A stretch of 32,333 nucleotides of DNA, from assembly GCA_027077895.1 (NCBI GenBank), contig JALWQZ010000002.1:1-32333 (forward strand), in the 5' to 3' direction. Below are positions 1 through 6,738 of this stretch, piece by piece; position 1 is the stretch's first letter, and every line of letters starts with the position of its first letter. A program made the translations under genes and the position numbers. This DNA is from Candidatus Micrarchaeota archaeon (GTDB lineage: Archaea; B1Sed10-29; WALL01; WAMD01). The notes under the pieces were generated by a model. That model was given only the letters and a program-made list of their open reading frames with translations, searched no databases and was not told where the DNA came from.

Positions 1-2801
1 ACACAACAATGACAAAGTTGAATGATACGTACGCTTATGCAGAGGGTACACTCCCAGATGGTCACCATACCGCAAATATATATTGTAACGACACGGTTGG
101 AAATGTTGGGAGTGCAAGTGTAGAATTTAGCATAGACACAACTGGACCTGTAATTACATTTGTCCCACCAACGCCTGCAGATAACGCAGGTCTAAGCCAA
201 AACTGGACATACATAAATGTGACCATGGACGAAGACGCAAGTACCGCCATACTACACTGGGAAGACTCAAACGGTGCAATATCAAACTACACGATGCAAG
301 AGACCAATCCAAAGAACTGGAACTACAACATGACTAACATCCCAGATGGCGTATATTACTACTGGGTAACAGCAAACGACACACTAAACAACTGGGGCCA
401 GTCCGAAACTAGGAAAGTGATCATTTCCGTAAATGCCCCAGCGATTACAATATGGTCTCCTCAAAACAAGACATACAACACAACTAATGTGCTAGACTTA
501 AACGTTTCAGTAAGTAAACCTGTTGTGAAATGGTGGATGGAACTAAACGGAGAGAATTATTCGTTCACACCAAACACCACAATCGCAGCAAAACTGGGAT
601 ACAATCAACTAACAGTATTTGCAATGGATGCAGCAAACAAAACAGGAAACTCAACAGTAGACTTCACAGTAAACACAACATCATGGGCTGACGAATTTGA
701 CACCAACGTAGGAGTTAGTCAAAGTGAAAACATATCAGCAGACACAGGATCAGCAAAATTAAAATTCTGCTGGCCTGAGCTAACGACCGGATGCTGGCCA
801 TACAGAAAACCAATAACCATAACGCCTAGTGAGAACCTAACAAACTTCCAGGTAAAGTTAGTGCTAAACCTATCCACAGCATACAACGAAGGAAAGATAA
901 ACTCCGACTGCTCAGACTTAAGATTCACATGGTATAACTCAACATCAGGATCATATGAGAAAGTGCCGTACTGGGTGCAGACGTGCAACGTAACAGGGGA
1001 CACTGTAGTCTGGATAAAACCACCGGTCTTAGAAACAACTGGAACCACAGTATACATGTACTACGGAAACCCCGATGCTGCCAGTGAGAGCAATGGAACT
1101 GCAACATTTGAATTCTTTGACGAAATGAACAATCTAAACCAGTGGACCGTAAGTAACTGGGTGGACGAAGATGGGATAGCAAGAGCAAACGCTAGTAACT
1201 CTTACATAACCGCGGACTATACAACATCGAGCGAATACACAATACATATGAGAGTAAAGGGTGAAAGGTCAAGTACTGGGGCATCAGGATTCCTAGACTT
1301 TGGAGATAACAATGACAAGAGACTAAAGTTGTATCTGTACCCATATGACGGAAAAATAAGCCTGTACAACGGGACATACAATGATTACTCAATAGATTCA
1401 TCCTCATGGCATAACTATACAATAATCGCTGACTTCGTTGATAACAAGTATGAAGTTTACATAGACAGAGGAACTAGCCCAGCAATATCAATAACAGGAG
1501 CAGCAACAGGGACAGTTGGTCAACCTCAGTTCTACGCATACAACGCAAATGGTACATATGTTGACTGGATATTCATAACAAAGTATGCTACACCACCAAC
1601 CGTATCAGTAGGTAATGAACAAATGCCAACAACATCTGGATGGTTAAAATCAATCCAAATCGCTCCAGGAAAGGTTGTATGGGAAAAATTCTTCGCCAAT
1701 TCAAGTGTGCCGAGCGGGGCAACATTAACTTTCAGAATATTGAACTCAACAGGTGGAAACGTATGTGGTGACATAACACCATCAGAGGCATCGTCCGGAT
1801 TCAGCCTATGCAGCGAAGCACAAAAGTACACCAATCTAACACTCTATGCATACATGTCAACAACATCTGGTGGAGTAACTCCAAGGGTATACAACTGGAG
1901 CATAAGTTGGGAGCCAATAACCAACGACCTTGCAGTAAACCAGATTGTCTTCAATACAAGTTCACCAGTGGAATCAAATCCTGTTTTGGTAAGCGCCAAC
2001 ATAAGCAACTCTGGGAACACAAATCTAACAAACGTGACTGTTGAATTTGATATATACAGGTACAATGGTAGTGAATGGATACTGAAGGATAACAAAAATA
2101 TAAGCGTAAATGTTTCTAGCAACGGATGGACGTGGGCAAACTACACCTGGACCGCAGAGCCTGGCACATGGAATTTCACAGTAACTGTAGATCCAGAGAA
2201 CAACATAACTGAAACAAACGAGTCTAACAACGTTAATTCCACGACATACAATGTATCAAGTTGGCAGATCATGTACGGAAAGGTGAATGGTTGGATATCA
2301 ATAGGAGACGCATCAGGCCACAACTTTACAACATGGATACCAACAAACACTTCTGGTAACCTATACTTCGCAGACATTGATGCCAATTACAATATGGATG
2401 ACCTGAGACCACTAAATGGGACAGGCGACCTAGAAAAAGCAGACCAGGCACTGAACATGACAGGCTCATTCGATTCAATAGAAAACTTGTATGACACAAA
2501 CCACGACGGGATACCTGACAACACTGCATGCTTCCAGATAGGTACAAGAAATGTATGTGGAGTGCCTATTGTCAACAGCACTAGAAACAACAATGGAAAC
2601 TTTGTAACTGGTATACTATGGGACGATGATAATGGTGCAACGTCATATGATGGAAGTCAGCCTCTAGTTTTCATAACAAAGATAAACCAGAATAAAACTG
2701 GGACTTACGGAACATATGACTACGAGGTTAGAGTGCCATCTGCACTCAAGAACCAAGTGGGAACTAGAAGCCAGATAAGCATATACCTAGAAATAAAATA
2801 G
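1..2801 (+). CDS. Large extracellular/surface glycoprotein, 5'-partial (DUF2341-like, LamG/ConA-like and CARDB-like modules)
   Basis: The frame is open to the window edge upstream of the ATG at 9, and the stop is TAG at 2799-2801. The segment 'CWPYRKPITI...NFQVKL...DLRF...VPYWV' matches the DUF2341 pattern. The segment 'LAVNQIVFNTS...VSANISNSGNTNLTNVTVEFDIY...ITETNESNN' is CARDB-like. I count about 48 N-x-S/T sequons. Confidence 0.8.
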   Translation, partial: TTMTKLNDTYAYAEGTLPDGHHTANIYCNDTVGNVGSASVEFSIDTTGPVITFVPPTPADNAGLSQNWTYINVTMDEDASTAILHWEDSNGAISNYTMQETNPKNWNYNMTNIPDGVYYYWVTANDTLNNWGQSETRKVIISVNAPAITIWSPQNKTYNTTNVLDLNVSVSKPVVKWWMELNGENYSFTPNTTIAAKLGYNQLTVFAMDAANKTGNSTVDFTVNTTSWADEFDTNVGVSQSENISADTGSAKLKFCWPELTTGCWPYRKPITITPSENLTNFQVKLVLNLSTAYNEGKINSDCSDLRFTWYNSTSGSYEKVPYWVQTCNVTGDTVVWIKPPVLETTGTTVYMYYGNPDAASESNGTATFEFFDEMNNLNQWTVSNWVDEDGIARANASNSYITADYTTSSEYTIHMRVKGERSSTGASGFLDFGDNNDKRLKLYLYPYDGKISLYNGTYNDYSIDSSSWHNYTIIADFVDNKYEVYIDRGTSPAISITGAATGTVGQPQFYAYNANGTYVDWIFITKYATPPTVSVGNEQMPTTSGWLKSIQIAPGKVVWEKFFANSSVPSGATLTFRILNSTGGNVCGDITPSEASSGFSLCSEAQKYTNLTLYAYMSTTSGGVTPRVYNWSISWEPITNDLAVNQIVFNTSSPVESNPVLVSANISNSGNTNLTNVTVEFDIYRYNGSEWILKDNKNISVNVSSNGWTWANYTWTAEPGTWNFTVTVDPENNITETNESNNVNSTTYNVSSWQIMYGKVNGWISIGDASGHNFTTWIPTNTSGNLYFADIDANYNMDDLRPLNGTGDLEKADQALNMTGSFDSIENLYDTNHDGIPDNTACFQIGTRNVCGVPIVNSTRNNNGNFVTGILWDDDNGATSYDGSQPLVFITKINQNKTGTYGTYDYEVRVPSALKNQVGTRSQISIYLEIK

Positions 2802-2820
2802 GGGGTTGATGGGTGTTGAA

Positions 2821-3198
2821 TCAGTACCTCTTTGAGTACCTATTAAACCCGTAACCAAACTCCTTCTCTGACACGTTGTTGCCTGTGTTAACCTCAAAGT
2901 CCTCGTCTGAATCTTCCAGTTTACCGTATCTTCCAACGTTCAGCCTGAGAGAACTCTTAAACAAAGATGTGTATCCATTCTCTAACTTGTAGGACTTCCC
3001 CTCTTCAACAGCATCAATCTTGTCATCCCACAGGGTCAAGATTACTGTTCCCGTCGTGTCGCCAACTAGAACATCCGAGACTTTGTGTGTTGAACCATCT
3101 AACTTGGACGTGACCTCCCTAGGCTCGCCCTTACTAACGACCTTAAAAACTAGGTCTATTCCCTTTTCTCTGGGTTTCAAATTTTCAATTTCTGTCAT
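2821..3198 (-). CDS. ssb: Single-OB-fold ssDNA-binding protein (crenarchaeal-type SSB)
   Basis: 'IENLKP...VVSKGEPREV...HKVSDVLVGDTTGTVILTLWDDK...EEGKSYKLENGYTSLFKSSLRLNVG' parallels Saccharolobus SSB. The GTG at 3207 in the track lies inside the SD (AAGGTGATTTAT-ATG), so I place the start at the ATG at 3198. Confidence 0.8.
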   Translation of the reverse strand: MTEIENLKPREKGIDLVFKVVSKGEPREVTSKLDGSTHKVSDVLVGDTTGTVILTLWDDKIDAVEEGKSYKLENGYTSLFKSSLRLNVGRYGKLEDSDEDFEVNTGNNVSEKEFGYGFNRYSKRY

Positions 3199-3328
3199 AT
3201 AAATCACCTTTTCGATTGCACGTGAGAACTAGTCGAGAAATAGGCTAATCTCACGAACACTAATGTATAAGTTCCTAGGTATATAATACTTTGCATGATA
3301 GCGTAAAAAGACGAAGGTACCAACCATT

Positions 3329-3341
3329 AAGGTTTAAAAAC
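3329..3341 (+). promoter_or_regulatory. Archaeal BRE/TATA element (AAGGTTTAAAAAC) for tRNA-Thr
   Basis: The TATA-like TTTAAAAA ends 25 nt before the tRNA 5' end. The identical 13-mer recurs before tRNA-Tyr. Confidence 0.5.
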
Positions 3342-3365
3342 AATCCTGACAAAAACTAAAACGCT

Positions 3366-3439
3366 GCCTCGGTAGCTCAGCTGGTTAGAGCGGTCGCCTT
3401 GTAAGCGACAGGTCGGGGGTTCGAATCCCCCCCGGGGCT
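3366..3439 (+). tRNA. tRNA-Thr (anticodon UGU)
   Basis: Hand-folded cloverleaf: acceptor GCCTCGG/CCGGGGC, D arm GCTC-AGCTGGTTA-GAGC, anticodon arm GTCGC-CTTGTAA-GCGAC, T arm GGGGG-TTCGAAT-CCCCC. No CCA is encoded. Confidence 0.95.
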
Positions 3440-3441
3440 CC

Positions 3442-3447
3442 TTTTTT
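3442..3447 (+). terminator. Oligo-T tract after tRNA-Thr
   Basis: A T6 run sits directly 3' of the tRNA. The same T/A-rich stretch (TTTTTTAAA) lies about 25 nt upstream of the next ATG and could double as its TATA box. Confidence 0.4.
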
Positions 3448-3472
3448 AAACTCGGCCACATACAAATTTATC

Positions 3473-4111
3473 ATGAAACTCAAGGTTATTGGGCTCCTAG
3501 CGCTAGTTTTACTCGCTATATTCCTAGTCGGATGTACCGGGAATCAAAGGGTAATCCAGGATGCATCCGGAGGCCACAATGCTCTTCTTGTCATTGCACC
3601 ACAAAACTTCAGAGACGAGGAGTATTTCTACACGATGGAAGCCTTGGAAGACGCAGGAATACACGTCGATACTGCCAGCAAAACACCTGGTGTAAAGAGA
3701 GGAATGTTAGGTGGCCACGCACTAGCAAATCTAGGACTTTCCAACGTTGATATACAAAAGTACGACGCAATCGTCTTCATAGGCGGCTCAGGCGTTCCAG
3801 TGTATTACCATGACAAGCAAGCACTAGAACTAGCAAAGGAAGCCTACCAGCAAGGTAAGATTGTAGGAGCCATATGCCTAGCGCCTGGAATCCTGGCCTA
3901 CGCTGGGATACTAAAAAACAAAACTGCAACCATATGGGACAACGGGAGTGGACGGTTCATACAAATATTAAAATCAAACGGCGCAAGATACGTAAAAAAG
4001 AATGTGGTGGTTGACGGAAGGATAGTCACTGCAAACGGCACACAGGCGGCAAGGGAATTTGGGGATACAATTGCAAGGATGATTCTAGAAAACATGACCC
4101 AGAAGGTTTAA
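3473..4111 (+). CDS. DJ-1/PfpI family protein with lipoprotein-type signal peptide
   Basis: The N-terminus 'MKLKVIGLLALVLLAIFLVGC' is a hydrophobic signal plus an LVGC lipobox. The nucleophile elbow is 'GKIVGAICLAPGIL', within an 'AIVFIGGSG' Rossmann-like core. Confidence 0.85.
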   Translation: MKLKVIGLLALVLLAIFLVGCTGNQRVIQDASGGHNALLVIAPQNFRDEEYFYTMEALEDAGIHVDTASKTPGVKRGMLGGHALANLGLSNVDIQKYDAIVFIGGSGVPVYYHDKQALELAKEAYQQGKIVGAICLAPGILAYAGILKNKTATIWDNGSGRFIQILKSNGARYVKKNVVVDGRIVTANGTQAAREFGDTIARMILENMTQKV

Positions 4112-4115
4112 AAAC
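4103..4115 (+). promoter_or_regulatory. Archaeal BRE/TATA element (AAGGTTTAAAAAC) for tRNA-Tyr
   Basis: This is the same 13-mer as at 3329-3341. It ends 24 nt before the tRNA 5' end and overlaps the TAA stop of the DJ-1 gene. Confidence 0.5.
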
Positions 4116-4138
4116 ATATTAAACTAAATTATAAACGC

Positions 4139-4246
4139 CCCGCCCTAGCTCAGCCTGGTAGAGCGGTCGGCTGTAGTGGGTCAGGGGCTTTAAGCCTCCC
4201 GACCGCAGCTACCGACTGGTCCCCGGTTCGAATCCGGGGGGCGGGA
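4139..4246 (+). tRNA. tRNA-Tyr (anticodon GUA) with a 34-nt canonical intron
   Basis: The acceptor CCCGCCC/GGGCGGG gives the C1:G72 pair typical of archaeal tRNA-Tyr. Other arms: D arm GCTC-AGCCTGGTA-GAGC, anticodon stem GTCGG/CCGAC, loop CTGTAG|intron|A, T arm CCCGG-TTCGAAT-CCGGG. Confidence 0.93.
4177..4210 (+). other. tRNA-Tyr intron at position 37/38 with bulge-helix-bulge motif
   Basis: The central 4-bp helix CTGT(4171-4174)/GCAG(4205-4208) is flanked by 3-nt bulges AGT (4175-4177) and CTA (4209-4211). The outer helices are the anticodon stem and GGTC(4179-4182)/GACC(4201-4204). Confidence 0.85.
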
Positions 4247-4247
4247 C

Positions 4248-4254
4248 TTTTTTT
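4248..4254 (+). terminator. Oligo-T tract after tRNA-Tyr
   Basis: A T7 run sits directly 3' of the tRNA. The adjacent AACTATAAA is a plausible TATA box for the ATG at 4278. Confidence 0.4.
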
Positions 4255-4277
4255 AACTATAAACGCCTAACTCTATT

Positions 4278-4368
4278 ATGAAATCCGTTGACGAGATCAT
4301 AAGCATATACAGACATGCAGACGATTACCACAGATACCTAGTGTCAAACAAGAAAAGATTGGAAAAAA
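4278..4368 (+). other. Detached N-terminal segment of the downstream methyltransferase (different frame)
   Basis: 'MKSVDEIISIYRHADDYHRYLVSNKKRLEK' looks like a class I methyltransferase N-terminus. After the A7 run (4363-4369) this frame becomes Arg/Ser-rich nonsense, while the +1 frame carries motif I. Confidence 0.5.
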
Positions 4369-4989
4369 ATGAGAAAGGTATTTTCTACAAACAAGAAATA
4401 CTTCGGGAAGAGCGTACTAGACATAGGTGCAGGCGGCGGTCTCCTAGGGATAGCAATAAAGGACAGAATCAAAAATTATCTCGGGATAGACATAAACCCA
4501 GACGTTGTCAAAGCAGCAAGGCCAGCCCTAGAAAAGGAAAGCCTAGACCTAATTCTAGGCGACGTAAGAGAGATAAAGATAACAGGCAAGTACGACACCG
4601 TCGTCATGATAGGAAATGTTCTAGGACACCTCACAGTTGACCAGTTCGTGGAAGCACTGACGAACATACAATCAGCAGTAGAACGCAAAGCCCACTTCAT
4701 CATAGAGTATCGTGACTGGATAGGGATGTGCTACAACAAAGAGTGGATCACAATATACAAATCAAAGGACGGGATCACAGTCACAGAGGGCATAAATACA
4801 GAGACTGGAGAAGTTGAAATCACAAAGATAGAGTACACCAACAGGAAACCAATCAAGTACACTCACACCATATGGGCACCATTCATACTAGAGACAATAA
4901 TGAAAACCTTCGGTTGGAGACTGGTAAAAAGAACAAGAGAGCCAGCCTGGGGCGGCTGGTTTGACATCTACGAGAGAACAAACAAATAA
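4369..4989 (+). CDS. Class I SAM-dependent methyltransferase (as read from the ATG at 4369; probably a frameshifted longer gene starting at 4278)
   Basis: Motif I 'VLDIGAGGGLLGIAI' is followed by 'GIDINPDVV' (acidic motif II) and 'VVMIGNVLGHL'. There is no SD in front of 4369. Confidence 0.85.
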   Translation: MRKVFSTNKKYFGKSVLDIGAGGGLLGIAIKDRIKNYLGIDINPDVVKAARPALEKESLDLILGDVREIKITGKYDTVVMIGNVLGHLTVDQFVEALTNIQSAVERKAHFIIEYRDWIGMCYNKEWITIYKSKDGITVTEGINTETGEVEITKIEYTNRKPIKYTHTIWAPFILETIMKTFGWRLVKRTREPAWGGWFDIYERTNK

Positions 4990-5014
4990 ATACAAAACAT
5001 AACTTAAATGGGTC

Positions 5015-5587
5015 ATGGGACTGAACCTGGAAATCCTAAAGGCAATCACCAAGTACGCTGGGAAAAACGCACTCCTAGATTGGACAATGGTAATTCTAGC
5101 CAACTCATACGCAGTTCTTGGACCACTATACCTCCTGTATCTATGGTTCAGAAGCAGGGAAGAAAAAAGGGCAGCACTACTGATAACCACTGGGATAGCT
5201 CTCTCCCTGGCAATATCCGCCATAATATCCTCTTTTTATTACCATCCTAGGCCGTTCGTTGCAGGCGTGGCGAAGGCATTATTTTACCACCCACCAGACA
5301 CATCATTCCCAAGCGACGGCGCCACCACAGTCTTCGCTCTAGCATTCATGGTTCTATTCATACGGTGGTACAGATCCGGAACAATCCTATTTGTGTACGC
5401 AAGTCTAGTCGGGCTCGCTAGAATCTTCTGCGGAGTCCACTGGCCCCTAGACATACTAGGTGGTGCAACCGTCGGATTCGTCGGGAGTTACATAACCTTC
5501 CTATTCAGAGAAAAACTGAACACATACTACGACAAGATCATAGATTGGTACATCGCCGTAAGAAACCGCACAAACCACAAAGGATAA
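5015..5587 (+). CDS. PAP2-family phosphatase (undecaprenyl/polyprenyl-diphosphate phosphatase-like), membrane protein
   Basis: PAP2 motifs are present: 'YHPRP', 'FPSDGATT' and 'ARIFCGVHWPLDILGG'. There are several hydrophobic helices. An A/T-rich box lies about 25 nt upstream, consistent with a leaderless transcript. Confidence 0.85.
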   Translation: MGLNLEILKAITKYAGKNALLDWTMVILANSYAVLGPLYLLYLWFRSREEKRAALLITTGIALSLAISAIISSFYYHPRPFVAGVAKALFYHPPDTSFPSDGATTVFALAFMVLFIRWYRSGTILFVYASLVGLARIFCGVHWPLDILGGATVGFVGSYITFLFREKLNTYYDKIIDWYIAVRNRTNHKG

Positions 5588-5618
5588 CATTATTAATAAC
5601 TAATTCTTTACTAGGAAC

Positions 5619-6728
5619 ATGGCGCCAATTACCACTGTCAGTAGCGTTAAGGCTACGAACAACATCATTGTGTCCAACATCAGTCACATAAACCTAGTCC
5701 TATCTAAAGTACCGTGGATAGAAGTCGTGTACACATTGATAACCATCATCATCGCCCTAATGGCAACAAAGTTCCTGTACACGCTAATAAAACGCACACT
5801 AGAAAAACTAGCAAAGGAGACAAAAACAAGACTGGACGATATACTAGTAAGAGAACTAGAACTTCCTATCCACATATACGTGCTGATATTCACATTCTGG
5901 GCGGCATTGACCATATACCCAGGGATGCAAAAATACCTGGCATCATTCAACAGAATAAATATCTCGCTGGTCATCCTAAACACAGCATACTTCATAACGA
6001 AACTTGTCAAGGGCCTGGAGGAGTGGTACACAACAAGCAAAAGGTTCGCAAGATACACCCACAACTACCTTATAGTCGCTAGGAAGTTGATAAACGCCAC
6101 CATATACATAATAGCAATAATCATAGTCCTAGCAGAAATGGGAATTGAAATCTCTCCACTGGTGGCCTCCCTAGGCATCGGCGGTTTGGCTGTCGCTCTA
6201 GCATTCCAAGACACATTGGCAAACTACTTCTCCGGGATATATGTGTCAACAGACAAGGATCTAAACATTGGTGACTACATAGAGATACCAAACAAGGCTA
6301 AAGGGTGGATAGAAGAGATAGGTTGGAGGTCATCAAAGATAAAAACCTGGGACGGGAACCTAATTCTAATCCCAAACAAACTCCTAGCAGAATCGCTCAT
6401 AATAAACTACTCAAAACCGAAGGAGCCAATAACGATTCCATTAGAGGTTGCAGTCAGTTACAATACAAAATCAGACAAGGTCATAAAGACACTTGAGAGC
6501 ATAATAAAATCAATCAAAAAGAATCACCCAGATCTGTTAACAGATAAGGAACCAACCATCAGGATAGATAGATTCGATGACTCAAATATTATATATAAGG
6601 TCTTCGTAGAGGTGAAAGACAGGGACAGTAAATACAAATTCATGGGCGTTTTCAACAAAGCGGTAGCAGAAGCGTATGAAAAAGGCAAACTGTCTGTGGA
6701 CTATCCTGTGGTAAAACTTATGAAGTGA
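5619..6728 (+). CDS. mscS: Small-conductance mechanosensitive channel (MscS family)
   Basis: The pore-helix signature 'LGIGGLAVALAFQDTLANYFSGIYV' is followed by the beta-domain 'GDYIEI...GWIEEIGWRSSKIKTWDGNLILIPN'. Confidence 0.9.
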   Translation: MAPITTVSSVKATNNIIVSNISHINLVLSKVPWIEVVYTLITIIIALMATKFLYTLIKRTLEKLAKETKTRLDDILVRELELPIHIYVLIFTFWAALTIYPGMQKYLASFNRINISLVILNTAYFITKLVKGLEEWYTTSKRFARYTHNYLIVARKLINATIYIIAIIIVLAEMGIEISPLVASLGIGGLAVALAFQDTLANYFSGIYVSTDKDLNIGDYIEIPNKAKGWIEEIGWRSSKIKTWDGNLILIPNKLLAESLIINYSKPKEPITIPLEVAVSYNTKSDKVIKTLESIIKSIKKNHPDLLTDKEPTIRIDRFDDSNIIYKVFVEVKDRDSKYKFMGVFNKAVAEAYEKGKLSVDYPVVKLMK

Positions 6729-6738
6729 GGTGATAACC

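Noticed and set aside
4364-4372. A-AAA-AAT read as a programmed -1 frameshift heptamer, as in the Saccharolobus fucosidase gene
   Set aside because: The heptamer is in the correct phase, but the -1 frame hits TGA immediately at 4370-4372. The methyltransferase body lies in the +1 frame, so a -1 slip cannot join the two parts.
4370-4640. C-terminal part of the 120-aa ORF 4278..4640 (Arg/Ser/Lys-rich)
   Set aside because: It is an out-of-frame reading of the methyltransferase gene. Only its first ~30 codons, before the A7 run, look like real protein.
5008-5250. 80-aa + strand ORF overlapping the PAP2 gene start
   Set aside because: It is an alternative frame of the PAP2 gene, basic and low in complexity. 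The 5015 frame carries the PAP2 motifs and TM helices.
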